In this document: piece by piece, positions 44,116-52,464 of the stretch
Layout of the letters: the number at the start of each line of letters is the position of its first letter
How positions within the stretch are numbered: position 1 is the stretch's first letter
Source of the DNA: Candidatus Wildermuthbacteria bacterium
GTDB taxonomy: Bacteria; Patescibacteriota; Minisyncoccia; Minisyncoccales; UBA10102
Reading direction: 5' to 3'
DNA: 64,000 nt
Assembly: GCA_016186115.1 (NCBI GenBank)
Contig: JACPMK010000002.1
Coordinates: forward strand, 8,983-72,982
Notes under the pieces: generated by a model
What the model was told of the DNA's origin: nothing
Database searches by the model: none
Seen by the model: the letters and a program-made list of their open reading frames with translations, nothing else
Program-made: the position numbers and the translations under genes

Positions 44116-45409
44116 TTTCCTCAATCATTCCGCGGAATCCTTTCTGACTCATAAAAGCAATCACGCCTTTTTGCTTGGATTGTCGCCAGTGCGCGGCAAT
44201 TTTTGTTATACGCCTGATTAATTCCACATCGCTGGGGATATATTCCATGTGTTGATAATTTCCAGAAAATTTCTTCCAGAGCCGTTCATTAAAATGAGCA
44301 ATTGTTTCACGTGCCGCACTCACGCGCGGCAGCAAAATATAATCTGTCTTGGCAAAGCAGGTTGCATAGGATTTTTGATTGAGCGCCTTGGTGTTTCTGC
44401 TGCCGGGTTCGTACACCGCCAGTATTTTTCTTTGAGGATACTGTTCTTGAAGTGTTTCTAATACCCCCTCAACTTTTTCTGGCGAATGAGCATTATCATC
44501 GATAATAACAATCCCCTTTTCATCATATCTTACTTCTTGTCTTCGTTTTACCCCTTGAAAGGTATCAAGTGCTTTTCGAATAATTGGATTTGATATGCCG
44601 ATTGCTTTTGCCAATACTGCTGCTGCTTGGCTGTTTTCACGCCAGGCCTTGCCTTTGAACGGCGGTGTAAAGTGTAATTCCCGATCTTCGTTGTACCATA
44701 GCACTTTCTTGGTGGTGTTTTTGAGAAGTTCTTTCAGATACTCCCCTTCTGCGTTTGCTATGATAGCTCCTTCTTTCGGCATTTTTGCAACTAATTTTCT
44801 AAAAATTTCTCTGTAAGATTTTTTCGTTGGGTAGATATCCATGTGGTCCCATGTGATACCGGTGAGAATCAAAAACCGCGGATGATATTCAAGAAACTTT
44901 GCGGTTTTTTTCCAGTTTGCGACCGGATATTCATCTCCTTCCATCACGCTCCACGAGGAATCGGTTTTGCGAATGCCGTCGGGAAAATTTTTGGCAATTC
45001 CCCCGATCATAAAATTTGGGTTATGCCCCGCAACTTCCAAAATCCACGTCACCAATGCCGTGGTGGAGGTTTTTCCTTTGGACCCTGCCACTACGATCGC
45101 ATTTTTCCCTTCTATCAATTGCGGCAGAACTTCGGCGTATGCTTTGTACGGAATTTTGTGCTGGATGGCGAACTTCAGTTCGGGATTTTTCTTGGTTATA
45201 AAAGCCATAACCACGCATAAGTCTGGCTTGGGGTTGAGGTGCTCCTCTTTATAGCCCGGCATAACGGTAATCCCGTTTTGCTCCAAATATGTGCTCATAG
45301 GCGGGAAAAACGCCCTATCGGATCCCGTAACCTTCCAGCCCATTTTTTTGTACAGCACTGCCAAGGGAGCCATTGTCACCCCCGCAACTCCTATAAAATG
45401 CACGTGCAT
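44057..45409 (-). CDS. Mur ligase, Mpl/MurC type (UDP-MurNAc--L-Ala or tripeptide ligase)
   Basis: 450 aa. N-terminal HFIGVAGVTMAPLAVLYKKMGWKVTGSD..FPPMS (Mpl-like YPPMS motif) and P-loop GSKGKTSTT. The last ~19 codons may be a read-on tail. Confidence 0.85.
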   Translation of the reverse strand: MHVHFIGVAGVTMAPLAVLYKKMGWKVTGSDRAFFPPMSTYLEQNGITVMPGYKEEHLNPKPDLCVVMAFITKKNPELKFAIQHKIPYKAYAEVLPQLIEGKNAIVVAGSKGKTSTTALVTWILEVAGHNPNFMIGGIAKNFPDGIRKTDSSWSVMEGDEYPVANWKKTAKFLEYHPRFLILTGITWDHMDIYPTKKSYREIFRKLVAKMPKEGAIIANAEGEYLKELLKNTTKKVLWYNEDRELHFTPPFKGKAWRENSQAAAVLAKAIGISNPIIRKALDTFQGVKRRQEVRYDEKGIVIIDDNAHSPEKVEGVLETLQEQYPQRKILAVYEPGSRNTKALNQKSYATCFAKTDYILLPRVSAARETIAHFNERLWKKFSGNYQHMEYIPSDVELIRRITKIAAHWRQSKQKGVIAFMSQKGFRGMIEETISLLRSGATPTNHPALLP

Positions 45410-45447
45410 ATTCTTAACCCTAGCACAAAAGCGCCAAGAGTGGAATA

Positions 45448-46662
45448 ATGGATATCATGCGTTTTCCTGAAGCAAAAAGCATTACCAAAACAGCAACAAT
45501 TTCCCATTTTTTGCTGATGCTGGGGTATAAAACCTTTTCTTTTTTCTTTCCCCTGTTTTTGCTTCAGCAGGGATTGTCCATTCCGCAGGTGGGGTATGTG
45601 TACTTGTTGTTGTACTTGCCCATGGTGCTGTTTTCGCCATTAGTTGGATTTTTCAATCGTAAAATCAATCCTTCGTTTTTCATTATTTTCGGCATTGCAG
45701 GATACGCCCTGTATGCCTTTGCCATGATTGTGAGCGGGCCTTCGCCGATATTTTTCGCGGCGCAAGTGTTGCTTGGACTTGCCGCTGCTTTGTTCTTTGT
45801 ATCTTTTCGGGCTCTTCTGATTGGCGCCCGGCTGCCCCAGCCCGATCGATCATTTGGCTGGTTTTATTCTGCTCCCGTTTATGGGGAAGCTGTAGCTCCG
45901 GTGCTGGGTTCTCTTATCATTTGGCAATTTGGATTTGTGGGTGTGTTTATTGTAAGTTTATTCATCCATATCGCAAACGCCGTGTTTACTTTTTTTGCGC
46001 TTCGTTCTGCCGGCACAAAGCTCAAAGAGGGCGTTTCCTTGCCAGAACTTGGCACGCGATATGTTGCCATTGGAAAAGGTCTGCTCAACCGGACGATTCT
46101 ACCCATTATTATCATTTCCTTGAGCATTCTTTTTTCTGCGGGAATATATCGTTCTTTCTTTGTGGTATTTTTGAAAGATCTCGGATGGACCCAGAATTCC
46201 ATTCTGCTGTATGGTTCTCTTTCTTCGATTCTTTTTATTCCTTTTTCACTTCTGCTCATTCGATATCTCGGAAAACATCACAGTTTTGCCAATGTGCGCA
46301 ATGGAGTGTTTGTCTATGGCGTGAGTTCTGTGGTGTTCGGGTTCTTTGCTCCCCTGCTCCATTTTGTTGGCGTGCTCTTTCTTATGCTGATTCACGACAT
46401 TGGTTCAATCATGGCAAACTCGGGAAGGTCAGGGTTACTTTCGCGCACATTTTTCCGTTATCCTCACGAAACGGCAGTGGTGGATACTCTTTTTTCTCCG
46501 TTGGGGACCGCGTTGGGCTCATTGGTTGCGGCGCTCCTTATCGGAGTAATAGGATTTGTCGGATTGTTTGTTGGCAGCGGCGCATTTGTGTTGGCGTTAG
46601 GAATATTTATTTTCATGCTAAGCAAGCGCCTCGCGCTTCAACAAAAAACCCTTCCTCAATAA
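45448..46662 (+). CDS. MFS-type transporter
   Basis: 404 aa, ~12 hydrophobic segments in a 6+6 arrangement. Confidence 0.7.
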   Translation: MDIMRFPEAKSITKTATISHFLLMLGYKTFSFFFPLFLLQQGLSIPQVGYVYLLLYLPMVLFSPLVGFFNRKINPSFFIIFGIAGYALYAFAMIVSGPSPIFFAAQVLLGLAAALFFVSFRALLIGARLPQPDRSFGWFYSAPVYGEAVAPVLGSLIIWQFGFVGVFIVSLFIHIANAVFTFFALRSAGTKLKEGVSLPELGTRYVAIGKGLLNRTILPIIIISLSILFSAGIYRSFFVVFLKDLGWTQNSILLYGSLSSILFIPFSLLLIRYLGKHHSFANVRNGVFVYGVSSVVFGFFAPLLHFVGVLFLMLIHDIGSIMANSGRSGLLSRTFFRYPHETAVVDTLFSPLGTALGSLVAALLIGVIGFVGLFVGSGAFVLALGIFIFMLSKRLALQQKTLPQ

Positions 46663-46717
46663 AAATAGCGCCCGTAGCGATTTCTCGCTCGGGCGCTTTT
46701 GAGGTTTTGCGACTTGT

Positions 46718-47830
46718 TTATAGGATGCGCTCGAGGGCGCGGCGGACAAAGTCGGGGTCGCGGATGGCGTCGCCAACCGGGAGGCCGGTTTCTTTCTCGA
46801 TGCGCCGGGTTTCGTTTGTGATTTCTTCATCGGTCATGCCGGCGGTATTAAGAGCAACCGCAACAACTCTTGCGTTGCGGTATCGCGGAAGAATCGCTGC
46901 TTCGTAGTGCGCGATTGCCTCGGGAATACTTGGAAGTTTTACTAATGAAGATCCGATGGAATGTTTTCGTTGTGGCCGATGCACCAGAACCAAATGGGTT
47001 GGAACTGCCCCATGCAAAAGCGAAATGGTAGTGTTGGAAAATGCAGGATGATACAAACTCCCCTGCCCTTCCACAAAAAATGTTTCATACTCTTTGGCGT
47101 CTTTTTCCAAAATCATTTTTTCAACTGCGCCCGCCATAAAATCAGCAGGCAAAGCATCAATGGAATACCCCCATCCTTCGATCATAATGCAAGTTTGGCC
47201 AGTTGGAATCATGCATGATTTGATTCCCTTTTGCAACGCCGCCTTGTACAGTTCATAAGAAACAGTCATTTTGCCCAAGGCCGCATCAGTCCCCACAGTG
47301 AGCACGATTGGTTTTTTGATGTGATATGCTTTGGCAGAGCAAATGGGAATTTCTTGGAGATTAACATCGCTCCGCACGTCCCAAATCACAGCTTTTGATT
47401 TTTCTGCCGCATGCCGGAATTTTTCGTTTTCTTTCAGCGAATAATGCAGTCCTGAAACAATATGCATCCCCTGCTCTAAAGCCCAGACAATGTCGTCTTC
47501 CCATTCTTTTGGCAATTCTCCGCCTTCGGGGGCCGCGCCCAAGATTAATATGGTCGCTCGGGTCTTTGTTTGGGCCTCTTTGAACGAAGAGAAAATGGGT
47601 AGGTCTGCATTTTTGCAATTTTCGAGATATGCTCTTAAAACTTCTTTTGCGCTCCTTTCCGTCGCCTTTGAATCCACAATCCCCCCTATCGGATAGCTTG
47701 CGTAACGCAAAATCCCGTCTGCGGTTTTGGCGCGCATGGGAAATTTTGCCCTTGCTTGGCTGCCGAAAACTCCCTCGGCATAAATTAGGGAGACATGTTT
47801 GTTTAGATCAATCGGAGCATTTCCATTCAT
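46718..47830 (-). CDS. DUF1611-family protein (DgcN-like, P-loop-containing)
   Basis: 370 aa. VGTDAALGKMT P-loop-like motif and the overall pattern of the DUF1611 family. The 3' part is visibly GC-rich. Confidence 0.6.
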   Translation of the reverse strand: MNGNAPIDLNKHVSLIYAEGVFGSQARAKFPMRAKTADGILRYASYPIGGIVDSKATERSAKEVLRAYLENCKNADLPIFSSFKEAQTKTRATILILGAAPEGGELPKEWEDDIVWALEQGMHIVSGLHYSLKENEKFRHAAEKSKAVIWDVRSDVNLQEIPICSAKAYHIKKPIVLTVGTDAALGKMTVSYELYKAALQKGIKSCMIPTGQTCIMIEGWGYSIDALPADFMAGAVEKMILEKDAKEYETFFVEGQGSLYHPAFSNTTISLLHGAVPTHLVLVHRPQRKHSIGSSLVKLPSIPEAIAHYEAAILPRYRNARVVAVALNTAGMTDEEITNETRRIEKETGLPVGDAIRDPDFVRRALERIL

Positions 47831-47944
47831 GCAAATAATTGTTCAGTATACTATGTTTAATTCCTAATTCCTAATTTTTAATGTTTAATGAAAAAAGAGC
47901 GAGCCATGTCCCTAAAGGGAACCCTTCGCAGTGCGACGGCACGA

Positions 47945-47964
47945 CCTGCCTGCCGGCAGGCAGG
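47945..47964. repeat. perfect 20-nt GC-rich palindrome CCTGCCTGCCGGCAGGCAGG
   Basis: Read directly from the sequence. Lies in the 194-nt spacer between the Kelch gene's stop and the DUF1611 gene's start. No U-tract on either side. Confidence 0.9.
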
Positions 47965-48024
47965 GAAAAGAGCAAATTTCCAGCAGGAAATTATGCGTGT
48001 TCCCTGAGGGGATATGGCGATCGA

Positions 48025-49146
48025 TTATGGCTCGAAGCTCGAGTACCATATTTCGTTGTTCCATGACCAGTCCTCGGTCATGCCGCCAGTGAGCCATAGT
48101 TTGCCCTGAAACACGGCCGTAGCATGGTCTTCTCTGCCTCTCCAAGGCGCGTTTTGACTCGTTTTTTGCCACTCTAGGCCGTTTTTCGAGTACCAGACGT
48201 CTCTTATTCCTTTCCCCTGTTTTGTATCCCATCCGCTGATGATCCAGAGGGTGTTTTCATATACCTCGAGAGCAAGGCCGTGGCGCACGGAAAATGGCGC
48301 GTTATCGGTGACCAGTTGCCAATTCAGACCATCTTCTGAAACCCAAATGTCATTGGTTGCATCTGCTCCGCCGAGCGGCACGCCTCCAATGAGCCACAGT
48401 TTGTTTTGAAATGTTGCAACCGCATGGTCATAGCGCGGCGACCATGGAGCCGATTCGGTGACAATGCTCCAATCTTTGCCATTTTCCGAAATCCAGATAT
48501 CGTTGTAAGTTTTTCGCGTGTCAAAACGCACTCCTCCCATCAGCCACAATTTTCCTTGGAATTGCGTAATGGTGTGTCCTTCTCTTCCTTCCCATGCTGT
48601 TTGTTTTGAAACTCTTTTCCAATTCTCGCCATCCGAAGTATTCCAAATATCGTTTTGGTATTTCCATACCGTGTTATTCCAACCGCCCATCAGCCAGAGC
48701 TTGTCCTGAAAAACAACAAGCGGAAGCGAGCGGCGTTGCTGCCACGGTGCGTTGTTGGTGACGAGTTCCCAGTTTGTGCCATTGGAGGAGGACCAGATAT
48801 CGCTGTAATGGGGCATGTTCCAGTATTCTTTTTGCTGGGGTTCTCCTCCCAATCCTCCCATCAGCCAAAGTGTATCGCGGAATACTACCAGTCCATGAGA
48901 ATCCCTTTTGGGCCATGGGATAAAGGCGGGATCAACTTGTTTCCACGTGAGCTGCTGGAGATCTGCCTGTTTTGCAGTAGGAACATTTTCTTGCCGCTCT
49001 ATCGCTTGGGTATTATTTTCTTCTTGTTTCTCGTTTTGTTTTTCGCGCAGAAGGTTGACAATGCCAACAATACTAAGAACAAAGAAAATGCCCATTATTA
49101 TTCCGAGTGCTCCAATGAGAATTTTAGAAACATGTTCTTTTTTCAT
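48025..49146 (-). CDS. membrane-anchored Kelch-repeat beta-propeller protein
   Basis: 373 aa. N-terminal TM and six repeats centred on (D/G/N)xLW(L/I)xGG with W-rich spacing. Confidence 0.8.
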   Translation of the reverse strand: MKKEHVSKILIGALGIIMGIFFVLSIVGIVNLLREKQNEKQEENNTQAIERQENVPTAKQADLQQLTWKQVDPAFIPWPKRDSHGLVVFRDTLWLMGGLGGEPQQKEYWNMPHYSDIWSSSNGTNWELVTNNAPWQQRRSLPLVVFQDKLWLMGGWNNTVWKYQNDIWNTSDGENWKRVSKQTAWEGREGHTITQFQGKLWLMGGVRFDTRKTYNDIWISENGKDWSIVTESAPWSPRYDHAVATFQNKLWLIGGVPLGGADATNDIWVSEDGLNWQLVTDNAPFSVRHGLALEVYENTLWIISGWDTKQGKGIRDVWYSKNGLEWQKTSQNAPWRGREDHATAVFQGKLWLTGGMTEDWSWNNEIWYSSFEP

Positions 49147-50090
49147 TTGTATGTTGCGAGGATCCAGTCGGTAAGTTCTTCCATTTCCTGAAAGCGATGT
49201 GGAGTATTCAGCATTATATTAACAATATATCCTTTGCGATCCGGCGATTCCAACACAAGAAGAAGTGTGCCTTGAGCTGTGGGAGTCATGCCTGTTTTTC
49301 CGCCAAGAATTTTTGTAGGCCAGCCGTCATGCCCCAGCAGCTTATTCGTATTAGACATAATATGATGTGGTTTGCTTTCCGCGGTCAAGAGAGTAAATTT
49401 TTCAATGGAGAGCATGTCGAAAATAGATGGGAAATTGACAAGGAGATATCTGGTCAGCAGGGCGAGATCTGAAGATGAGGACGTATTCAGTTTTTCCGCT
49501 GATGTTTTTGGATCGAGGCCGGTCGGATTGCTAAATTGCATGGAGGAAAGACCCAATTCTTTTGCGTTTTCATTCATGAGTTGGACGAAGTGGTCCCGCC
49601 CGACGACTTCTGCGAGCGCTGCTGCTGCGTCGTTGCTTGATTCAACGAGCAAAGAATAAAGAAGTCCTTGGACGGTAAATACTTCGCCTGTTTTGAAATT
49701 GCCGCTGTCCTCTGGCTCTTGGATTGCTTTTTCTGAAATCACAACAGGAGCATCAAGGTTGTAATGCTTTAGTACAACGAGCGCAGTCATCAGTTTTGAA
49801 ATACTTGCAATAGGCAGGGGTTTTTCTCCGTTTATATCCAGCAATATCTTTGATTCTTCTGTTGTGCGGTCGAAAAATATAGAGTATACGGCATGAGCAG
49901 AAAATTCCGGGGCTGAATTTGGGGTTGGAGTAATGGATGCGGCGGGTGATGGCGTCGGGGTTTCAAAAACCTGTGCTGCAAGATTGTTTTGTATGTTCTT
50001 TTTGTTGGTAGAAATTTCGGAAAGGAACAAGATTCCTCCGCCCACTGTCAATAGAAACACAACTGCGATAAGGTAATCCTTTTGATGCAT
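49143..50090 (-). CDS. D-alanyl-D-alanine carboxypeptidase (peptidase S11, PBP5-like)
   Basis: 315 aa. SxxK (ASISKLMTA), SxN (ESSNDA) and KTG (GKTGMT) motifs. N-terminal TM/signal. Confidence 0.85.
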   Translation of the reverse strand: MHQKDYLIAVVFLLTVGGGILFLSEISTNKKNIQNNLAAQVFETPTPSPAASITPTPNSAPEFSAHAVYSIFFDRTTEESKILLDINGEKPLPIASISKLMTALVVLKHYNLDAPVVISEKAIQEPEDSGNFKTGEVFTVQGLLYSLLVESSNDAAAALAEVVGRDHFVQLMNENAKELGLSSMQFSNPTGLDPKTSAEKLNTSSSSDLALLTRYLLVNFPSIFDMLSIEKFTLLTAESKPHHIMSNTNKLLGHDGWPTKILGGKTGMTPTAQGTLLLVLESPDRKGYIVNIMLNTPHRFQEMEELTDWILATYK

Positions 50091-50099
50091 ATGCAGTAT

Positions 50100-51512
50100 T
50101 TATGACTTCTTTTGAGATTTTGTTTCTATTTTTAGGTGAAGCTCCTTGAGCTGTTGTTCTGATATTTCACTGGGCGATTGCATGAGCAGATCTCTGCTGT
50201 CGCCTGTTTTTGGAAATGCAATTACTTCGCGGATACTCTGCTCACTTTGAAGCAGAGACATAAGCCGGTCGAATCCCCACGCGATTCCTCCGTGCGGAGG
50301 CGCGCCATACGAAAACGCCTCGAGCATGTGTCCGAAGTTTGCTTGGATTCGTTCTTTTTCGTATCCCATGATCTCAAAGACCTGCTCCAACGCTTCTGGT
50401 TGATGATTGCGAATGCTTCCGCCGCCGATTTCCATTCCGTTCAGTACCACATCATATTGAGACGTAAGAATCTCTGCAATATTACGCTTTGCCATAAGAT
50501 CATTCATATATTCGGGCTTTGGCGCAGAAAATGGATTGTGAGTGAAGGTCCAGCCGTTGGTTTCCTTGTCTTTTTCGAAGAATGGAAAATCAATCACCCA
50601 GCAAAACGCGAGCAAATCTGGGTTGTTTTTGTCTTTGCGCAAATCCGGGCGATCGGTTCCATATTTTTGTATTACATCTTTATACAATAATTGCGGAAAT
50701 GGAATTTCCTGTATTTCTTTTTTCGGGTAGAGCTTTTTTACTAGCGCAATCAAGAGTTGTTCGTTCAATTCCATCACATCTTCCCGTTCCACAAAGCTCA
50801 TTTCAAGATCAAGTTGAGTAAATTCCGGCTGGCGGTCTGCTCTCGGGTCTTCGTCGCGAAGACAACGGGCGAATTGGAAATACCGTTCAAATCCTGCAAC
50901 CTGAAGCAATTGTTTGTATTGCTGGGGGCTTTGCGGCAAGGCATAGAATTTTCCTGCGTAGAGCCGCGATGGTACCACAAAGTCGCGCGCCCCTTCCGGG
51001 GTTGATTTCGTCAGCAGAGGTGTTTCAATTTCGATAAATCCCTCATTGCTAAGAAATTCTCGGACAAATCCAAAAACTGTATGGCGCTTTGTCAGGTTTT
51101 CTTTCAGTCGTTTTCTTCGCAGATCGAGATACCGATACTGCAGACGTTTTTCTTCGTTCAGGTCGTATCCATTCGTATCGATCGTAAACGGCAAGGTTTT
51201 TGCTTGAGAAAAAATCACGATTTTTTCTGCCGCGATTTCTATTTCGCCTGTGGCGATCGCGGGATTTTTCATCGCTTGCGGGCGTTCTTGTACCGTACCC
51301 TCAATTTCGACAACCCATTCCGATCTCAGGGCTTGAGCTGTTTTGTAGGTTTCTGCCTGTTGCGGCGTGGATACGCATTGGGCAACTCCCTCTTTGTCGC
51401 GCAGATCAATAAAAGTAATTTTGCCATGATCGCGCCGGCCGTCAATCCATCCCGCAATTTTTACTTTTTCGCCCTTGTGACTCGGTGTTTCGTTGGTAAA
51501 AATTCTCTTCAT
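50100..51512 (-). CDS. aspS: aspartyl-tRNA synthetase, bacterial-type core without the GAD insertion domain
   Basis: 470 aa. OB fold, motif 2 region CLRDEDPRADRQPEFTQLDLEMSF, motif 3 GGIAWGFDRL. Only about 190 aa separate motifs 2 and 3. Confidence 0.9.
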   Translation of the reverse strand: MKRIFTNETPSHKGEKVKIAGWIDGRRDHGKITFIDLRDKEGVAQCVSTPQQAETYKTAQALRSEWVVEIEGTVQERPQAMKNPAIATGEIEIAAEKIVIFSQAKTLPFTIDTNGYDLNEEKRLQYRYLDLRRKRLKENLTKRHTVFGFVREFLSNEGFIEIETPLLTKSTPEGARDFVVPSRLYAGKFYALPQSPQQYKQLLQVAGFERYFQFARCLRDEDPRADRQPEFTQLDLEMSFVEREDVMELNEQLLIALVKKLYPKKEIQEIPFPQLLYKDVIQKYGTDRPDLRKDKNNPDLLAFCWVIDFPFFEKDKETNGWTFTHNPFSAPKPEYMNDLMAKRNIAEILTSQYDVVLNGMEIGGGSIRNHQPEALEQVFEIMGYEKERIQANFGHMLEAFSYGAPPHGGIAWGFDRLMSLLQSEQSIREVIAFPKTGDSRDLLMQSPSEISEQQLKELHLKIETKSQKKS

Positions 51513-51564
51513 ATCTTCAAAACCAGTATACCCTTCTCATCCAAAAACATCAACAACATATAAA

Positions 51565-51610
51565 GATCAAAAGGCGGGCTGATGCGTGATCAGCCCGCCG
51601 TATTTTTTTC
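51565..51610. terminator. bidirectional hairpin terminator
   Basis: 11-bp stem GGCGGGCTGAT/ATCAGCCCGCC (51573-51599). Flanked by AAAA on the 5' side and GTATTTTTTT on the 3' side. Lies between the Zn-ribbon gene's stop and the aspS start. Confidence 0.65.
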
Positions 51611-51625
51611 GAAAGGCGAAAAGAG

Positions 51626-52045
51626 CTACCGACTATTGGACGTTTTTATTCGGGCATGCCTTTGTTTTTGGTAGCAATTTTGGCAGAGTTTACCGCTGCT
51701 GAGTACCTTTTCTTCTCCGCAATTTTCGCACAAGCCGATTTTTGCGTATTTATAACAGTTCTGGCAGATTGGCTCGCCCGATTCAAGTCGTACCTCTACC
51801 GGACCATTCTGTAGGCATATCATGCATTTTTCGTAGATAGAAAGGTTCTTGCTGTAGTAGCAGTGTCTGCAAACTGGTTTGCCTTCCAGTGTATGCACGA
51901 GGATCCACTTAACCTTGCCGCAGATCGAGCATGTTGTGCGTCTCGCCGGATCTTTGGAGAAGCACATCCTGCACATCAACTTGCCGGAAATATAATTGCG
52001 ATGGACTTCTTTTTCTTTTTCGCAAATACTGCAGATTCCTTGCAT
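51626..52045 (-). CDS. cysteine-rich protein with four tandem CxxC...CxxC zinc-ribbon modules
   Basis: 139 aa with 16 Cys in 8 CxxC pairs (CSIC..CRMC, CSIC..CRHC, CMIC..CQNC, CENC..CQNC). GGGAGG SD. Confidence 0.7.
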   Translation of the reverse strand: MQGICSICEKEKEVHRNYISGKLMCRMCFSKDPARRTTCSICGKVKWILVHTLEGKPVCRHCYYSKNLSIYEKCMICLQNGPVEVRLESGEPICQNCYKYAKIGLCENCGEEKVLSSGKLCQNCYQKQRHARIKTSNSR

Positions 52046-52103
52046 CGTTTTCCTCCCTTCCTGCCCATATTCTTATCCAATATTGCCAGGGTAGTCAAGT
52101 GCA

Positions 52104-52142
52104 ATAAAAAATCCCGCTTAGACAAGGATGCCTTCAGCGGGA
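52104..52142 (-). terminator. intrinsic terminator of the 64-aa zinc-ribbon gene
   Basis: On the minus strand, an ATCCCGCT/AGCGGGAT stem with a 16-nt loop, followed by TTTTTTATT. Confidence 0.55.
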
Positions 52143-52328
52143 TAAATTTGTTGCTATTTGTCTTTCAACGCATAGCTTGCAAAGGCCGGCAGCGTTGATA
52201 GATTGTGTGAGACGCTCGCATTCGGTGCATTGTTTATACATTTTTCTACACCGAGAGCATATGAGGCCATGTTTATTTCGCTTTACAATTTTTTTCTGTT
52301 CGCCACATATATAGCATCTCCCCCACAT
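52134..52328 (-). CDS. cysteine-rich protein with two CxxC...CxxC zinc-ribbon modules (paralog of the 139-aa protein)
   Basis: 64 aa (CYIC..CSRC, CTEC..CKLC). AGGAGG SD. Its own TTGACA-18-TACAAT promoter on the minus strand (52376-52405). Confidence 0.7.
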   Translation of the reverse strand: MWGRCYICGEQKKIVKRNKHGLICSRCRKMYKQCTECERLTQSINAAGLCKLCVERQIATNLSR

Positions 52329-52416
52329 ATCACACCTCCTGTAACAGAGGATATTATCTCTGATCTTCTTTGTGAATTGTAGTCCTCTTTGGTTGATTTT
52401 GTCAAATTAAAACTGG

Positions 52417-52464
52417 ATTGCTTAACTTAGTTAAGCAATTGACTAGACAGGCTTAGCCTGTCTA
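52417..52464 (-). terminator. twin perfect hairpins immediately after the giant gene's stop
   Basis: ATTGCTTAAC-TTA-GTTAAGCAAT (52417-52439) and TAGACAGGC-TTA-GCCTGTCTA (52444-52464). Neither has a clear U-tract. Confidence 0.5.

Noticed and set aside
43834-44124. 96-aa minus-strand ORF opposite the LysW-like ORF.
   Set aside because: It has no motif and an F/L/I-rich, junk-like sequence. The plus-strand zinc-ribbon ORF and the minus-strand Mur ligase tail explain the region better.
45921-46907. 328-aa plus-strand ORF in an alternative frame over the MFS gene and the 3' end of the DUF1611 gene.
   Set aside because: It is Cys/Arg/Phe-rich with no motif. It overlaps two better-supported genes and is probably an open frame produced by local GC-rich composition.
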